DNA of 64,000 nucleotides from Schmidtea polychroa (Eukaryota): NCBI GenBank assembly GCA_044892525.1, contig CM097885.1, positions 204,724,001 to 204,788,000 of the forward strand, read 5' to 3'. Shown piece by piece: positions 11,571 to 23,076 of this stretch (position 1 is its first letter; each line of letters starts with the position of its first letter). The notes under the pieces were generated by a model. It saw only the letters and a program-made list of their open reading frames with translations, ran no database searches and was not told where the DNA came from. The position numbers and the translations under genes were made by a program.

Positions 11571-13352
11571 AGTTACAACAATTGGTTCCGTCTAAAGATT
11601 TATTAATATTAACACAGAGTGATCTCTCTTAAATAGTAATGTATATTGCGTAATAACTAACACATTGCGCAATATACTCTGAACTGCTTCACATTTGGTC
11701 CTTGGCCTCTAATGTGATATCATTACTCTTCCCTTCATAAGATTGATGCCATCTCTTTAACCATTCGATTCGTCGGTGCCGCGTCGTATCTGGATATTGC
11801 AATTCAACTTGATGATCTGAAACAAATCTAAGAATTTTATATGGCCCATCATATTGAATATCATTTTTGTTTCTTCTATGTGGTTCTCGTCTTACTAGTA
11901 CCTCCTCCCCCACTTCAAAATGTCGTTTAATTCTTTTGTCTTTTTCGAATTTTCTCATCTTTTGCGCAGCTTGCTTGTTATTCTTTTGTGCTTCTTCCGA
12001 AATATCGTGTACTTGATGTTTGAGTCTAAAATTAGCGTGTAACGTTATTTTCCATCCATATACTATCTCAAATGGTGAATATTTTGTAGAACTTTGATAA
12101 GTTGCATTTATACTGAATTCAATTCGAGGTAGCAGTTCGTGCCACTGTTTTTCAGCACAGCCCCCGTTCATCGTAGTCACAAGTAAATCTCTCATTGTTC
12201 TGATAGCTCTTTCCACTAAGCCATTCGACTGATGTTGATATGGCGAGGCGAATTCTTGCTTTATTCCAAGTTGTTCTAATTTTTCCTTAAAATATTTGCT
12301 TTCAAAATTTCGCCCTCTGTCCGTCAATATACTTTGAGGTTTACCATATTTGTAAATCCAATTGTTCATTAGCGTCTTCAAAATAGTTTTTTCATCTTGG
12401 TTTGCTGTAGCCGTTAGACTTACTAATTTGCTAAACCTATCAATAATAACGATAACATACTTTTTGTCGGCTGAAGTTCTCTCAATGAAAACAACATCCA
12501 TCACAATCTGTTCTAGAAATTCAGAAATTTCATGTGGAATTAAAATTTCATTTGTCCTCCCTTGGTCTATTTTCTTTCTTGCGCATGTGACACATCGTTT
12601 TACTATCTCTTTACTATCTCTTGCATTTTCGGCCAGAAAATATTCCCTTCCAAATAATGAAACAGTTTCTTAATTCCAACGTGACATAAATCTTCATGTA
12701 TTTTAATCACTAGTTTAGATTGATAGCTTTTTGGGATTATCACTTGATCTATTTTGTCTGATTCCAATACAAGCATATCATTCGATATCTTTAACCGATC
12801 TTTATATCTGGATAAAAAACTATTTAGAGACGATTCCTTCCGAAAATCTATCTGATTCTTAAGAATTTCCATCACTTTCTGGAACAATTTATCTTTCTTC
12901 TGTTTTTCCCTAATTTCTAACATTGTCTGTGTTTTTTCTGTTTTGAAATTTTTCCACAGTGTAGCCGCTTCATCGCAAAGGAGAAAATCGAATGCTTCTG
13001 TCCTCTTCAAATCATTCCTAGTGATCCAATCACCAATTGCCTGTATCCATTTTCAGCTTCCTTGGTACATCTGCCGTCGTATCTTCTAATTTCCATATCA
13101 AAGAGTTATTGCGCATGTTTCGGTAGCGCGTCTCTTGCAGACATTTTCCCTTCTCCTAGAGTCGTCATTGTGTGAACATTTTTGGCGTGGTCGCCAGTTA
13201 CAGCAATTGGTTCCATCTAAAGATTTATTTATATTAACACAGAGTGATCTCTCTTAAATAGTAATGTATATTGCGTAATAACTAACACATTGCGCAATAT
13301 ACTCTGAACTGCTTCACATTTGGTCCTTGGCCTCTAATGTAATATCATTACT
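11571..13352 (-). mobile_element. Ty3/Gypsy LTR retrotransposon deletion derivative (gag 5' stub fused to integrase; PR, RT and RH missing)
   Basis: 157-bp LTRs at 11571-11727 and 13196-13352 with AGT...ACT ends. TSD AAGAG (11566-70, 13353-57). PBS TGGCGACCACG and PPT GAAGGGAAG. Integrase core ORF 11689-12504 (D..D..E; SPYQHQSNGLVER; YDGPY). Confidence 0.93.
13186..13196 (-). promoter_or_regulatory. Primer-binding site, complementary to a tRNA-Arg(TCG)-type 3' end
   Basis: TGGCGACCACG overlaps the 5' LTR end by 1 nt and is the reverse complement of ...CGTGGTCGCCA. Confidence 0.7.
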
Positions 13353-13949
13353 AAGAGAACTCGATTTCTATTTACAATAATTTATTCAAAAATATATAAA
13401 AATAAATAATTTATTACCAAAAAATGAGCCTGATATGACAATTCTTATTTTTCGATGAATTTTAAGTTGTCAGGACCTCACATGACTTTTGGTGCAGCAT
13501 TTAAGAGAAACCTCATATGAGGCCGGTAACGGTTAATCAGTTAAATGATTAATAATTTAATAAATGAATTAAAAATTTATCAAAAATATCTAATAAATTA
13601 AAACAAATTTAATAATAGGAGAAATAATTGTAAAATTTTATAGACTTCTGTAATTCTATATTTCAATCTGTTTGCCTAAACTCAATGAAGGGCCTCTTGT
13701 CACGATTCAACTTTTTTATAATTATAATAAAATAATTTTAATAAAATTAAAAATATATCAATAAGACAAAATGTAACATCAATATTAATATCAAATAATT
13801 TTTTTACACAAATTAATAAATATATAAATATTATTATGATGACATTGAATTACTGACATAGCGTAACAGCGGTTTACACAAGCGGTTCCAGGCTTATTCC
13901 AATTGAGAAACCATTTTTACTTTGATAAAAATTGATAACAAAAATTCAA

Positions 13950-14720
13950 AAAAAATTTACAGAATTTGCCAAACCAATATGGAAATTTCCCATCCAACAA
14001 GAATCAATAAAACTACCTTAAACGAAGACCGTGCAAGAATTATTACCTCTTATCTCAATGAAATTGATCTAAAAGACTTCACAGTGATCTTAGACATTCA
14101 CATACCAACAGTAAATACAATTATAAAAAAGTATCCTACTACTGGAATGATCAATGCCCAGAGGCGGAGTAAACCAAGAAATACAAAACTACATTTCAGT
14201 GTCGAAATTCCAGTTTCTGAAATGCATTGAAGAATAGAGTACACCTTAACACTAAAGGGATTATGGGATGTTTTTGCAATTCGAATATCAACTTCCACCG
14301 TTTTTAGATATTTAAAAGGTTTTAGGCCGTGAAATCAATCCCCGTGAGACATAATGGTGCTGCAACAATAGCGAAAATAAGAATATATTGTGCTGATATT
14401 TGTTATGCCATCAGAAATTATATATATATATATATATATATATTGACAAAGTAGGATTTTCATGTATAAATGATTCAATGGATTTAGTCCAGATAAATCA
14501 TCACGATGCTGACATATTCTACATATTGAGGGATATTCTTTGTTGTTTCTTATCTGAAAGAAGTATCACCAGATCTATCTTTATTTTCGACAATGTTCAA
14601 TTTCATCAAGTCCAATTGATTTTTAGAAGAGGCTTTGAAATATTTTATCTCCTTCTGCATTCGTTATTTTTAAATCTTATTGAAAACATGTTTTTAAAAT
14701 GGAAAAAATATAGTCAATAG
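13950..14720 (+). mobile_element. Degenerate Tc1/IS630-like transposase
   Basis: HTH-like N-terminus (RARIITSYLN..TVNTIIKKY..TG), then DKVGF, FIFDNVQFH and FLNLIENMFLKWK (DDE_3). Confidence 0.7.
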
Positions 14721-15932
14721 AGTTAATCCACTCGACGAGACATCAAAGATGGTGTCAATCCCAAAAGGATGTACCATTCTAACCTTAAACAAACATATAT
14801 TCCAGCTTGTATAAATTCGGGAAGTTATTAAACATTAATTCAGTGTTTCCTAACCTTCTTTATACCATGCCCACCGTTGTATTTTCAAAAGTCATATGCC
14901 CCACCGGCCCCTTTGAAGAATCTGTCAAACTTCGATAATTAGTATTGCCAGTTTGCAAAAATAACGGTCGATGAAATTACTGGATACACGTTGTTATATT
15001 TAGTCGTGAATGAGGATATTATATAAAAATTATGTTATTACTTGCTGGACTACCCGGGCTATTTGGAAGATAAAAAATCTTACAAACGGCCCCGTGTGGT
15101 TATGTTAAACTAACAAAGAATAACATAATTACATCAAAATTTCTTTATTTTACTCATTTCCTCACAAAAATAAAAAATGAAAATCCCACTTTACCTCGCC
15201 CCATATTGATATATCATATCCATCCAGATATACCGTACTGAGAGAATGAAATAATAAAGAGAAACAAGAAAGAGAAAATGATAAAAAAATAATAAACTTT
15301 CTAAAATTGTCTAAAAAGTGAATTTTCATTTTATTTTTTTTCGGATAAAAATTTTGATATTTTTCTCTCATTAGTATAGTAAACAGAACGAATTAAAAGT
15401 TCATTCGGTCTTCTACGTTTATAACTTGTAAAATTGAATACATTTGTCTACCTTTTACCCATAATTTGAAGTTTATATATCCGGACATACAAACAAACTT
15501 ACTTTAATTTTTATATATGGGATAAATAATATGTAATCTTTATATTACTTGTTTTAATCCAAAATTGAATGGTGAATATCAAAAATGACCTAGAAAACAT
15601 TATACTGAAAATATAAAAACAAGAGAAACAAATAGTAAAATTCAGCTTCAAAAACTAACATGATCGGAGGACTCCTAGGTTCCTTGGAACTCCAATCAGG
15701 CACCCTTGATCAACATTATCAAACTAATACGAGTTAAATAATTATAAATATTTTCCCCTTATTTATTGAATGAATTTTTAAATATTTTCATATTAACTTT
15801 GAATTTGCATTATATTCATTAAAACAAAATATCCAAATATAATCATGCAAAAAAACAAAAAAATCACAAACTTCAAACAAATCAAGAACTATTATTTGTA
15901 TCAAGGTCCATTATTGTATTAAATTAAATTAA

Positions 15933-16300
15933 TCAAGACCGAAAACAGCGATTCTTTTTGTAGTGACATCTTCTGTTCTTTGCTACGTAGGTTGTTATGC
16001 AGGTTACACAAAATTTTCTTTTCTTAAAACAATACCTATTCTGGTAATTGACGCAGAGATATTTTTTACGATTTTCTTTCAGGGAATCCAACAGATCTTT
16101 TAGATATAACTCTAAAATATCTCATTTACATTTCATTAAAAACATATTTTTATTCAACCAAAAAAATAGGTAAAAAAATTTTAAAATTTAAAAATATATA
16201 ATTTACCCGAAACTGTTTTTACTTCAACATCTTGCATAGTGCCAATGCCAAATTCAGTAGAAGTCAACACCAGACAGATCAAGACCAATATTAACTGCAT
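15933..16300 (-). CDS. Two-exon secreted precursor (90 aa) of a cationic six-cysteine peptide; exons 16300-16207 and 16111-15933
   Basis: MQLILVLICLVLTSTEFGIGTMQDVEVKTVS|ELYLKDLLDSLKENRKKYLCVNYQNRYCFKKRKFCVTCITTYVAKNRRCHYKKNRCFRS*. Canonical 95-nt gt-ag intron with matching phase 1, hydrophobic signal-like N-terminus, and 273 nt in frame. Confidence 0.75.
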
Positions 16301-16724
16301 TGATATATATTAACCTTAAAATATCAGATCTAATATAATTGTGAAAAGCGTGACGGATTTACGTGGAACGGCCATAATTAACAGCAACAACAATATTCAC
16401 GAATATACAAACGAAATTAAAACAACAATAACAATTATATTCACAATATCATAGATCATGCCTGATCTAGTTGAGAAATGTTGATGAAATTAAATATATT
16501 TTGTTTGAATTAATCAAGAAATATTATAAGTTTTTATTCAGATGATTATTATTCATTGTTTTGATTTTTTGTAAAACGATTGTAGTGCTTCTGACTTTCC
16601 CATTAATAAAAATATCAACTTAATAATTAAACTTAAAATATATTATTAAATTAATTAAATTAAAATGATTGTCTAAATATTCAAAAAAACATTTTTAAAT
16701 AAAGAGAAACATTATTAACAATTC

Positions 16725-17040
16725 ATGCATCTTTCGCCATTTCAATCATTAACCACATCAAAATTGCCAATCATTCGAGAAGCTGAAACCTTTGTCTTCC
16801 AAGTCGAGATCTCTCTGTTGATGACTTTGATCATTGACACCTTCTATTCGAACAAATAAATTTTCCGTAATAGCTGGATTGCCAAAAGAAGTTAATAATC
16901 AAAGTTGTTCCGGAAAAATATTCCAATAATTTTACATGCCCAAATGTGAGTTCATCAACAATCTCAGTACAATCGCCAGATCAAGTGCCCATGGTTTCGT
17001 GGAAACATTGACTGCTGGAGCTAATATTTCTATGATCGTT
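16725..17040 (+). pseudogene. HSP90: HSP90 N-terminal ATPase domain pseudogene fragment with internal deletions
   Basis: ETFVFQVEISLLMTLIIDTFYSNK*IF / LDCQKKLIIKVVPEK / [30 protein letters not shown]. These match HSP90 [27 protein letters not shown] and [30 protein letters not shown]. It may extend weakly to about 17400. Confidence 0.9.
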
Positions 17041-20000
17041 TTAAATGTCGTTTTCAATTAAAATGTTTTAGCTTTTATGTTTAATAAATTGTTTTACTGA
17101 ATTCATTTTGATTACAATTACAACGCGATACAAATCCCTTGAATAAATAAGCGAGCATTTGCAGGAATTGATGATCCTGCCTTCTTTGGAAGCTTGATAA
17201 AATAAAGAAGATCTCATGGAATCTCGAGGAAATGTTTGAAAGAAATGAATGAAAAGTAGTAAATAAACCGACATGGTGGTCCTCTGTACATCAATTGGTT
17301 ATTGCAATAGGCTTTTATGTTTCTGTTATCATTTGGTTGAGTTTTTTGCTGAAATTCTACATTATTTCTTTGACACTTCTCTAAGCTCAAGCTCCCTTTT
17401 CAATTAACATAAAAAATGTTTTAATTTAAGAAATTTTATTAATTGTTTCAAATGATGAATAAGTAATACAATTTATAATGTTCATTTCAACTAAACAAAT
17501 TCAATTTATAATCAACAATATTAAAGAAACATTTCTTTCGATTTTTCAATATTCCACCCCCCCCTCAACTTTTATGTGAAATCTTGAAAAGGTCTGGACT
17601 GGTCTAAATATAGAAATATAGACTTTATATTTATTGGGTCGTTCACTTTTTTTCAACAAACCCATTGTACGTATCAGAGGAAAATTCTCTTATCTAATTA
17701 TAAATAGTGGCCTTTCATGGTGATTTGTTCCCATATACTTTGTGTAGCTGATAAATCATTGTATTCTTTTCTGTCTTCCTCAAAAGTAAAATACGGATAT
17801 TTCTGCAAAATTCGATTTGCTGGTGCAATTTTAAAAACACGCCGTAAAAAATGTCAGTAGATGTTTACTAAGTAAAACAAATTCAAAAATATTTATTTAT
17901 AGATACTTATTATTTTGTGTTTAAAATTTCATGAATTTATTAATTACATTTCTAAACGAGTCAAAGAACATTTTATCCACACCACCTATGTAATACATTG
18001 TAAATTTTATTTTAAAATTTTACGGAGACAATTTAAAGATAAGTACAGCGGTGACCGATTNNNNNNNNNNNNNNNNNNNNNNNNNNNNNNNNNNNNNNNN
18101 NNNNNNNNNNNNNNNNNNNNNNNNNNNNNNNNNNNNNNNNNNNNNNNNNNNNNNNNNNNNNNNNNNNNNNNNNNNNNNNNNNNNNNNNNNNNNNNNNNTA
18201 ACCTAAACTAAAAATAAATCTTATTCTATATATTATTAAGAATGTGTATTTGGAGGAGTCCTTTTCAATGAGACACAGAAGTGTATTATTCAAAGGATTT
18301 AGAACTCATTTCAGAAACGATTCCCAATCTAAAAGTCAGGAACTTCAAACGTAATAAATGAACTAATTAATTGAGTCTGCTCCATCAAATAAAAAAGATA
18401 AATAATTATATTTGTTGACTACGAAAGAAAAGCTGAAATCAAAACGTGACAAATTGTCCAATTTCTTACCTATACCAAAAAAGAAACACTTGACATACAA
18501 CACGGAGACTCGTCCAATAGCAAATTATTCTTGATATATAAATGGAAATTTGGGTTTTCTCTATACTTATTTATTAGAAAACAAGTAAGATCTTAATTTT
18601 TTTAATTTTAACCTTTTTAATTCACTTAGACAAAAATTTAAAATTTTTATCGATTTTTAAAAGTTTAAAATTATTAGTATTTAAAATTTTAATTTTAATA
18701 AATTTCAATATTTTATTAAAAAAAATTTTATATGACAAATTAAACTCCTGAAATAATTCAATAAGAATTCAATGAGTTGGATTTTTTTTTGAACAGATTG
18801 TTTTACATTTCTAAATTTCCCTAATGCCAGATTTCATTAAAAACGATATTTTAAATTTTATTATTTTCTTAAATAATTGGTTCTTGACTTCTTTCAGCAA
18901 GATCCTTAGGGTTTCTTTAACAAAATCAAGGTATTTGAAATTGAATATTGTATATGATATACAATAAATGTAAGTATAACTGTAAGCTTTTGCAACAATC
19001 CTTCTTCAAAGAGAATTTTTAATTATAAAATAGCCATGTTCAAAGCCGATAAAAGTTTTCTTTACGAATATTTTTCTCCTTTTGTTTGTGTCACTCATTA
19101 AATGTTTTTAANNNNNNNNNNNNNNNNNNNNNNNNNNNNNNNNNNNNNNNNNNNNNNNNNNNNNNNNNNNNNNNNNNNNNNNNNNNNNNNNNNNNNNNNN
19201 NNNNNNNNNNNNNNNNNNNNNNNNNNNNNNNNNNNNNNNNNNNNNNNNNNNNNNNNNNNNNNNNNNNNNNNNNNNNNNNNNNNNNNNNNNNNNNNNNNNN
19301 NNNNNNNNNNNNNNNNNNNNNNNNNNNNNNNNNNNNNNNNNNNNNNNNNNNNNNNNNNNNNNNNNNNNNNNNNNNNNNNNNNNNNNNNNNNNNNNNNNNN
19401 NNNNNNNNNNNNNNNNNNNNNNNNNNNNNNNNNNNNNNNNNNNNNNNNNNNNNNNTAAATTTTTAATATTATTATTTCACTTCCATAATTAATTAAATTT
19501 TAATAAATAATGTAGGTCAATAAATAAATGTTGGTCACTAATTTATTATTATTTTATTCTTTTCAATTTATGTTAATGTCTGTAATAACCCGTTAGTATT
19601 TCATTCTTTTACACCACTAATCTTGATGTTTTTTCAAGATTAATATTATTTTTAAATCAATATTTTTTCAATTAATATTTTTTATAATATTTTTTATAAT
19701 ATTTCAAAAAGTTCTGTTCAAAATATTCTGTCAATGTTAATTATAAGGATTATCTTAACGATGGTTCTCACTACCATTTGTCAAATATGACTTTTACCTT
19801 TTGACAATAAATATGAATTCGGACATCATTCAAACAAAAAATCCGAAAAATTAATTACATCTTAGTTTTCACAGAAATTTATTGCTTCTGACTGATTTGA
19901 AAATAAATAAATTTTCTTTCATTAATTTTTCAATAAATTAAAATTTCAATTTTCCAATAGCAAATTTGGCTTTTTTATTTGAAAATGTTACTTTGATTGA

Positions 20001-20605
20001 TTACTTTCCACTCGTTGTTTTTAGAAATATTAAAATATTTTCAACAATAATAATAATTATAAGAAAGTTTCATTCAAACATTCGTTTTACGATGTATTTC
20101 GACAACTTTTCTTTCAACTTGAGGTAGAATTGAAAAACTACAGATATTATAGATTTTATTAATTTTTTTTTTTAATAAAAATATTTTTAAAATTTCAATT
20201 GAAATTATCATTTTTTAATTTATAATAAATTTATTTAAAAATAATTTTTATAAATTTTAATTTTAACATTCCGTAAACTTTTAAAAGATTTTTTGTTTAA
20301 AAATTATTTAACATAATAATTTAATAAATTTAAAACAACAACAACCCACATATCTACAATCTAAAGATATTCTAAAATCAAGTGTTCAGAGCATTTTGCA
20401 CATTAATTTTCGGATCCAATGATTTTATCAACAATATAAATAACAATTATTGAAATGTTTAATAATACTNNNNNNNNNNNNNNNNNNNNNNNNNNNNNNN
20501 NNNNNNNNNNNNNNNNNNNNNNNNNNNNNNNNNNNNNNNNNNNNNNNNNNNNNNNNNNNNNNNNNNNNNNNNNNNNNNNNNNNNNNNNNNNNNNNNNNNN
20601 NNNNN

Positions 20606-20796
20606 TGTAAATTTCTAAAAGTATTTGTTTTCTTTATTTTATTTCAAAATATTTGTATGCTGGACGATTATGAAACAAGTTCTTTCGGTACGTGGTATAA
20701 CAAAAGAGATTCGAAACCCTTATTCAATAATGCTAAGCAATTATTATGGTATTTGCAGAAATTAGACAAAATGTATGCTATTGCTGGAAGACCTAG
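20606..20796 (+). CDS. npy: NPY/NPF-family neuropeptide precursor, main exon (start codon falls in the gap)
   Basis: Signal-like CKFLKVFVFFILFQNICML, spacer, KR, then DSKPLFNNAKQLLWYLQKLDKMYAIAGRPR. Donor AG|gtaaac splits the penultimate Arg codon, the conserved NPY/NPF intron position. Tyr at -17 is conserved. Confidence 0.93.
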
Positions 20797-21455
20797 GTAA
20801 ACAAATTAATATTTTGATAATCATAATATAATTTAATAAATGTTGAGAAAATACATTATTTTTATAAAATTGAGGGAAAAAAAGAAAATTACTTACACAG
20901 AACAATTCAAAATGTATTATACAAATGTATCAATTACTGAACCACACTCGTATTGAAGTGGATAGGTTCCAAATGGCGTTTGCCAACATGATACAATATA
21001 CCTAGTGCTTTTTACTGTTTTCAAAGATACTTCAATTAATGACAATTGTTGTGGGCATGAATATTGTTTTGAATGAAAATTATATTTTCTCCTTATTTTA
21101 TCTCCTATATTCATAGTATCGGAAAGGTTAGGCTAGTAAACAGTTCAATAACAAATATCCGGAAATTAGAAATGATGTCATTAGAGGCGGGAGCCATGAA
21201 ATATTTAATATAGAAAATTTTTCGAGGTTTTTCCAATAAATAAAAAATTTTCGAAACGTCCAAATCTAATGCATTTGACAAATTAGAAATATATAATGTT
21301 AAAGGTTCCTAGCGAAATGTCTCAATTTAAATGTATGTGTTGAAGATTTCTATTTTGCAGTTCGAATAATACAATGCTGTTTTTTATTTTACATTGAGTG
21401 CGTGTTTATGTAATTAAATTTGATACTTAAATTTATGAGAAATAAACGCTGAAAT

Positions 21456-21641
21456 CAGTGATTCTCAATTAATATAAAAGCGCGGAACACCATTCACATG
21501 ATTTTTTTTACGCGGAACACTGACAAAAAATACTTACCCACAATGAGTGACCAATCACAAAACACTTTTATATTTGTATGTTTATATATCTGTGTAACAG
21601 CTTTCTTATTGAATCATCTTATAAAAAAATTAATTGAGGTT
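21456..21641. mobile_element. Truncated copy of the hAT MITE at 23077
   Basis: CAGTGATTCTCAATTAATATAAAAGCGCGGAACACC... is near-identical to 23077 onward, including the flank GAGAAATAAACGCT. Confidence 0.75.
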
Positions 21642-21849
21642 ATTATTGAGATTTTTAGAACTGATTGTAATTTCATATTAATATAAATTTCATTTTGTTC
21701 AGATTTTATTCAGATAATTCTTTATTATTCCTGGAATTCCTTTTAAATCAGATAGGTCATTGACGGATTACATTAATTATAGTGGAAAGTATGCAAAATA
21801 TAATAAACACAATAAAATGCAATAACAAAAGAGGGGAAAGGAACATAAA

Positions 21850-22250
21850 AAAATTACATAAAAGATAAACTCTGATATATTTTAGAAATTAAATTATACA
21901 GTTTCTCTTTCCGCATTCAATATTTAGGCAAATTGTCACTGCTTCATTTCTTGTAAAAGGAATATGATGTTTTATATTGGCTTCACCATTAATGTTTCTA
22001 TAAGTTTAATGGTTGATTAAGGTATGATTATAATTAAACACCTCTTTGAGGGTGCTGATAATTTTATCAAATATCCTGAATCATTGGTTTTATCTTGTGG
22101 ATTGGTTGGAAAATAATGCCGGGTTTTATGTTATTGAAGTTTGGTAGTGAATTCTATATTGTGAAAACGGATTAAACTTCGTTTATTTACCAATGTCGGA
22201 CTCAGTATCTGAGGTTTCCGGTGGATCTCCATTTTTAATAATTTTATTTT
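21850..22250 (-). mobile_element. Possible piggyBac transposase remnant in the npy intron
   Basis: IFDKIISTLKEVFNY and ANIKHHIPFTRN..CLNIECG..CIISKIY weakly resemble the piggyBac core. Confidence 0.35.
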
Positions 22251-22582
22251 GAAAGAACATTTGATAAGAACTGCAAAATAGATGTTAAATTATGAAAATT
22301 GGAACATCAGTTAGATTTTGCATTTAATTGAAAAGGATTATTTCATATTTACAATATGTTACTCCCNNNNNNNNNNNNNNNNNNNNNNNNNNNNNNNNNN
22401 NNNNNNNNNNNNNNNNNNNNNNNNNNNNNNNNNNNNNNNNNNNNNNNNNNNNNNNNNNNNNNNNNNNNNNNNNNNNNNNNNNNNNNNNNNNNNNNNNNNN
22501 NNNNNNNNNNNNNNNNNNNNNNTCGAAAATTCTTTCATTAAATACATTATTTGCAGCAAAAGGCTTAAATTATCATTTTAGT

Positions 22583-22583
<1 letters not shown>

Positions 22584-22647
<64 letters not shown>
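22584..22647. repeat. (TAT)n microsatellite directly upstream of the npy last-exon acceptor
   Basis: About 21 TAT units ending at ttcag (22646-22650). Confidence 0.95.
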
Positions 22648-22650
<3 letters not shown>

Positions 22651-22666
22651 ATACGGAAAGCGCTGA
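22651..22666 (+). CDS. npy: NPY precursor terminal exon (R-Y-G-K-R-stop; amidation and cleavage signal)
   Basis: ttcag|A TAC GGA AAG CGC TGA completes the phase-2 split codon AG|A and gives GRPRY-GKR. Confidence 0.9.
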
Positions 22667-23076
22667 TTTTTAGAACTGATTGTAATTTCATATTAATATA
22701 AATTTAATTAATTGTTTCTTGTTATCTTTCACAAGTGAAATATTTTTACGGAACTTGGTAGAATATACGTTTAGTAACGCTTAAAATTACCACAAAAATT
22801 AAAAATTCCAAATGATGAATTTAGAATTAATTTTTCTTTTGTACTAATTTTAAATGTCCAATTTGGTGAGAAATTATTTGGTTTAAAAGATTGGAAGGTC
22901 ATTATGAAAAGGTTGCCAGAATAAATAAATAAATCAATAAAAATATTATTACTATACAACTTTTTATTTGTTATAAAATACTCAAGATTTCACAAAATTT
23001 AGAACATTTCAAATTCAAATCGTGCAATATGAAAGATGACAATGGAATTATTTTAGGGAGAAATAAACGCTTAGAT

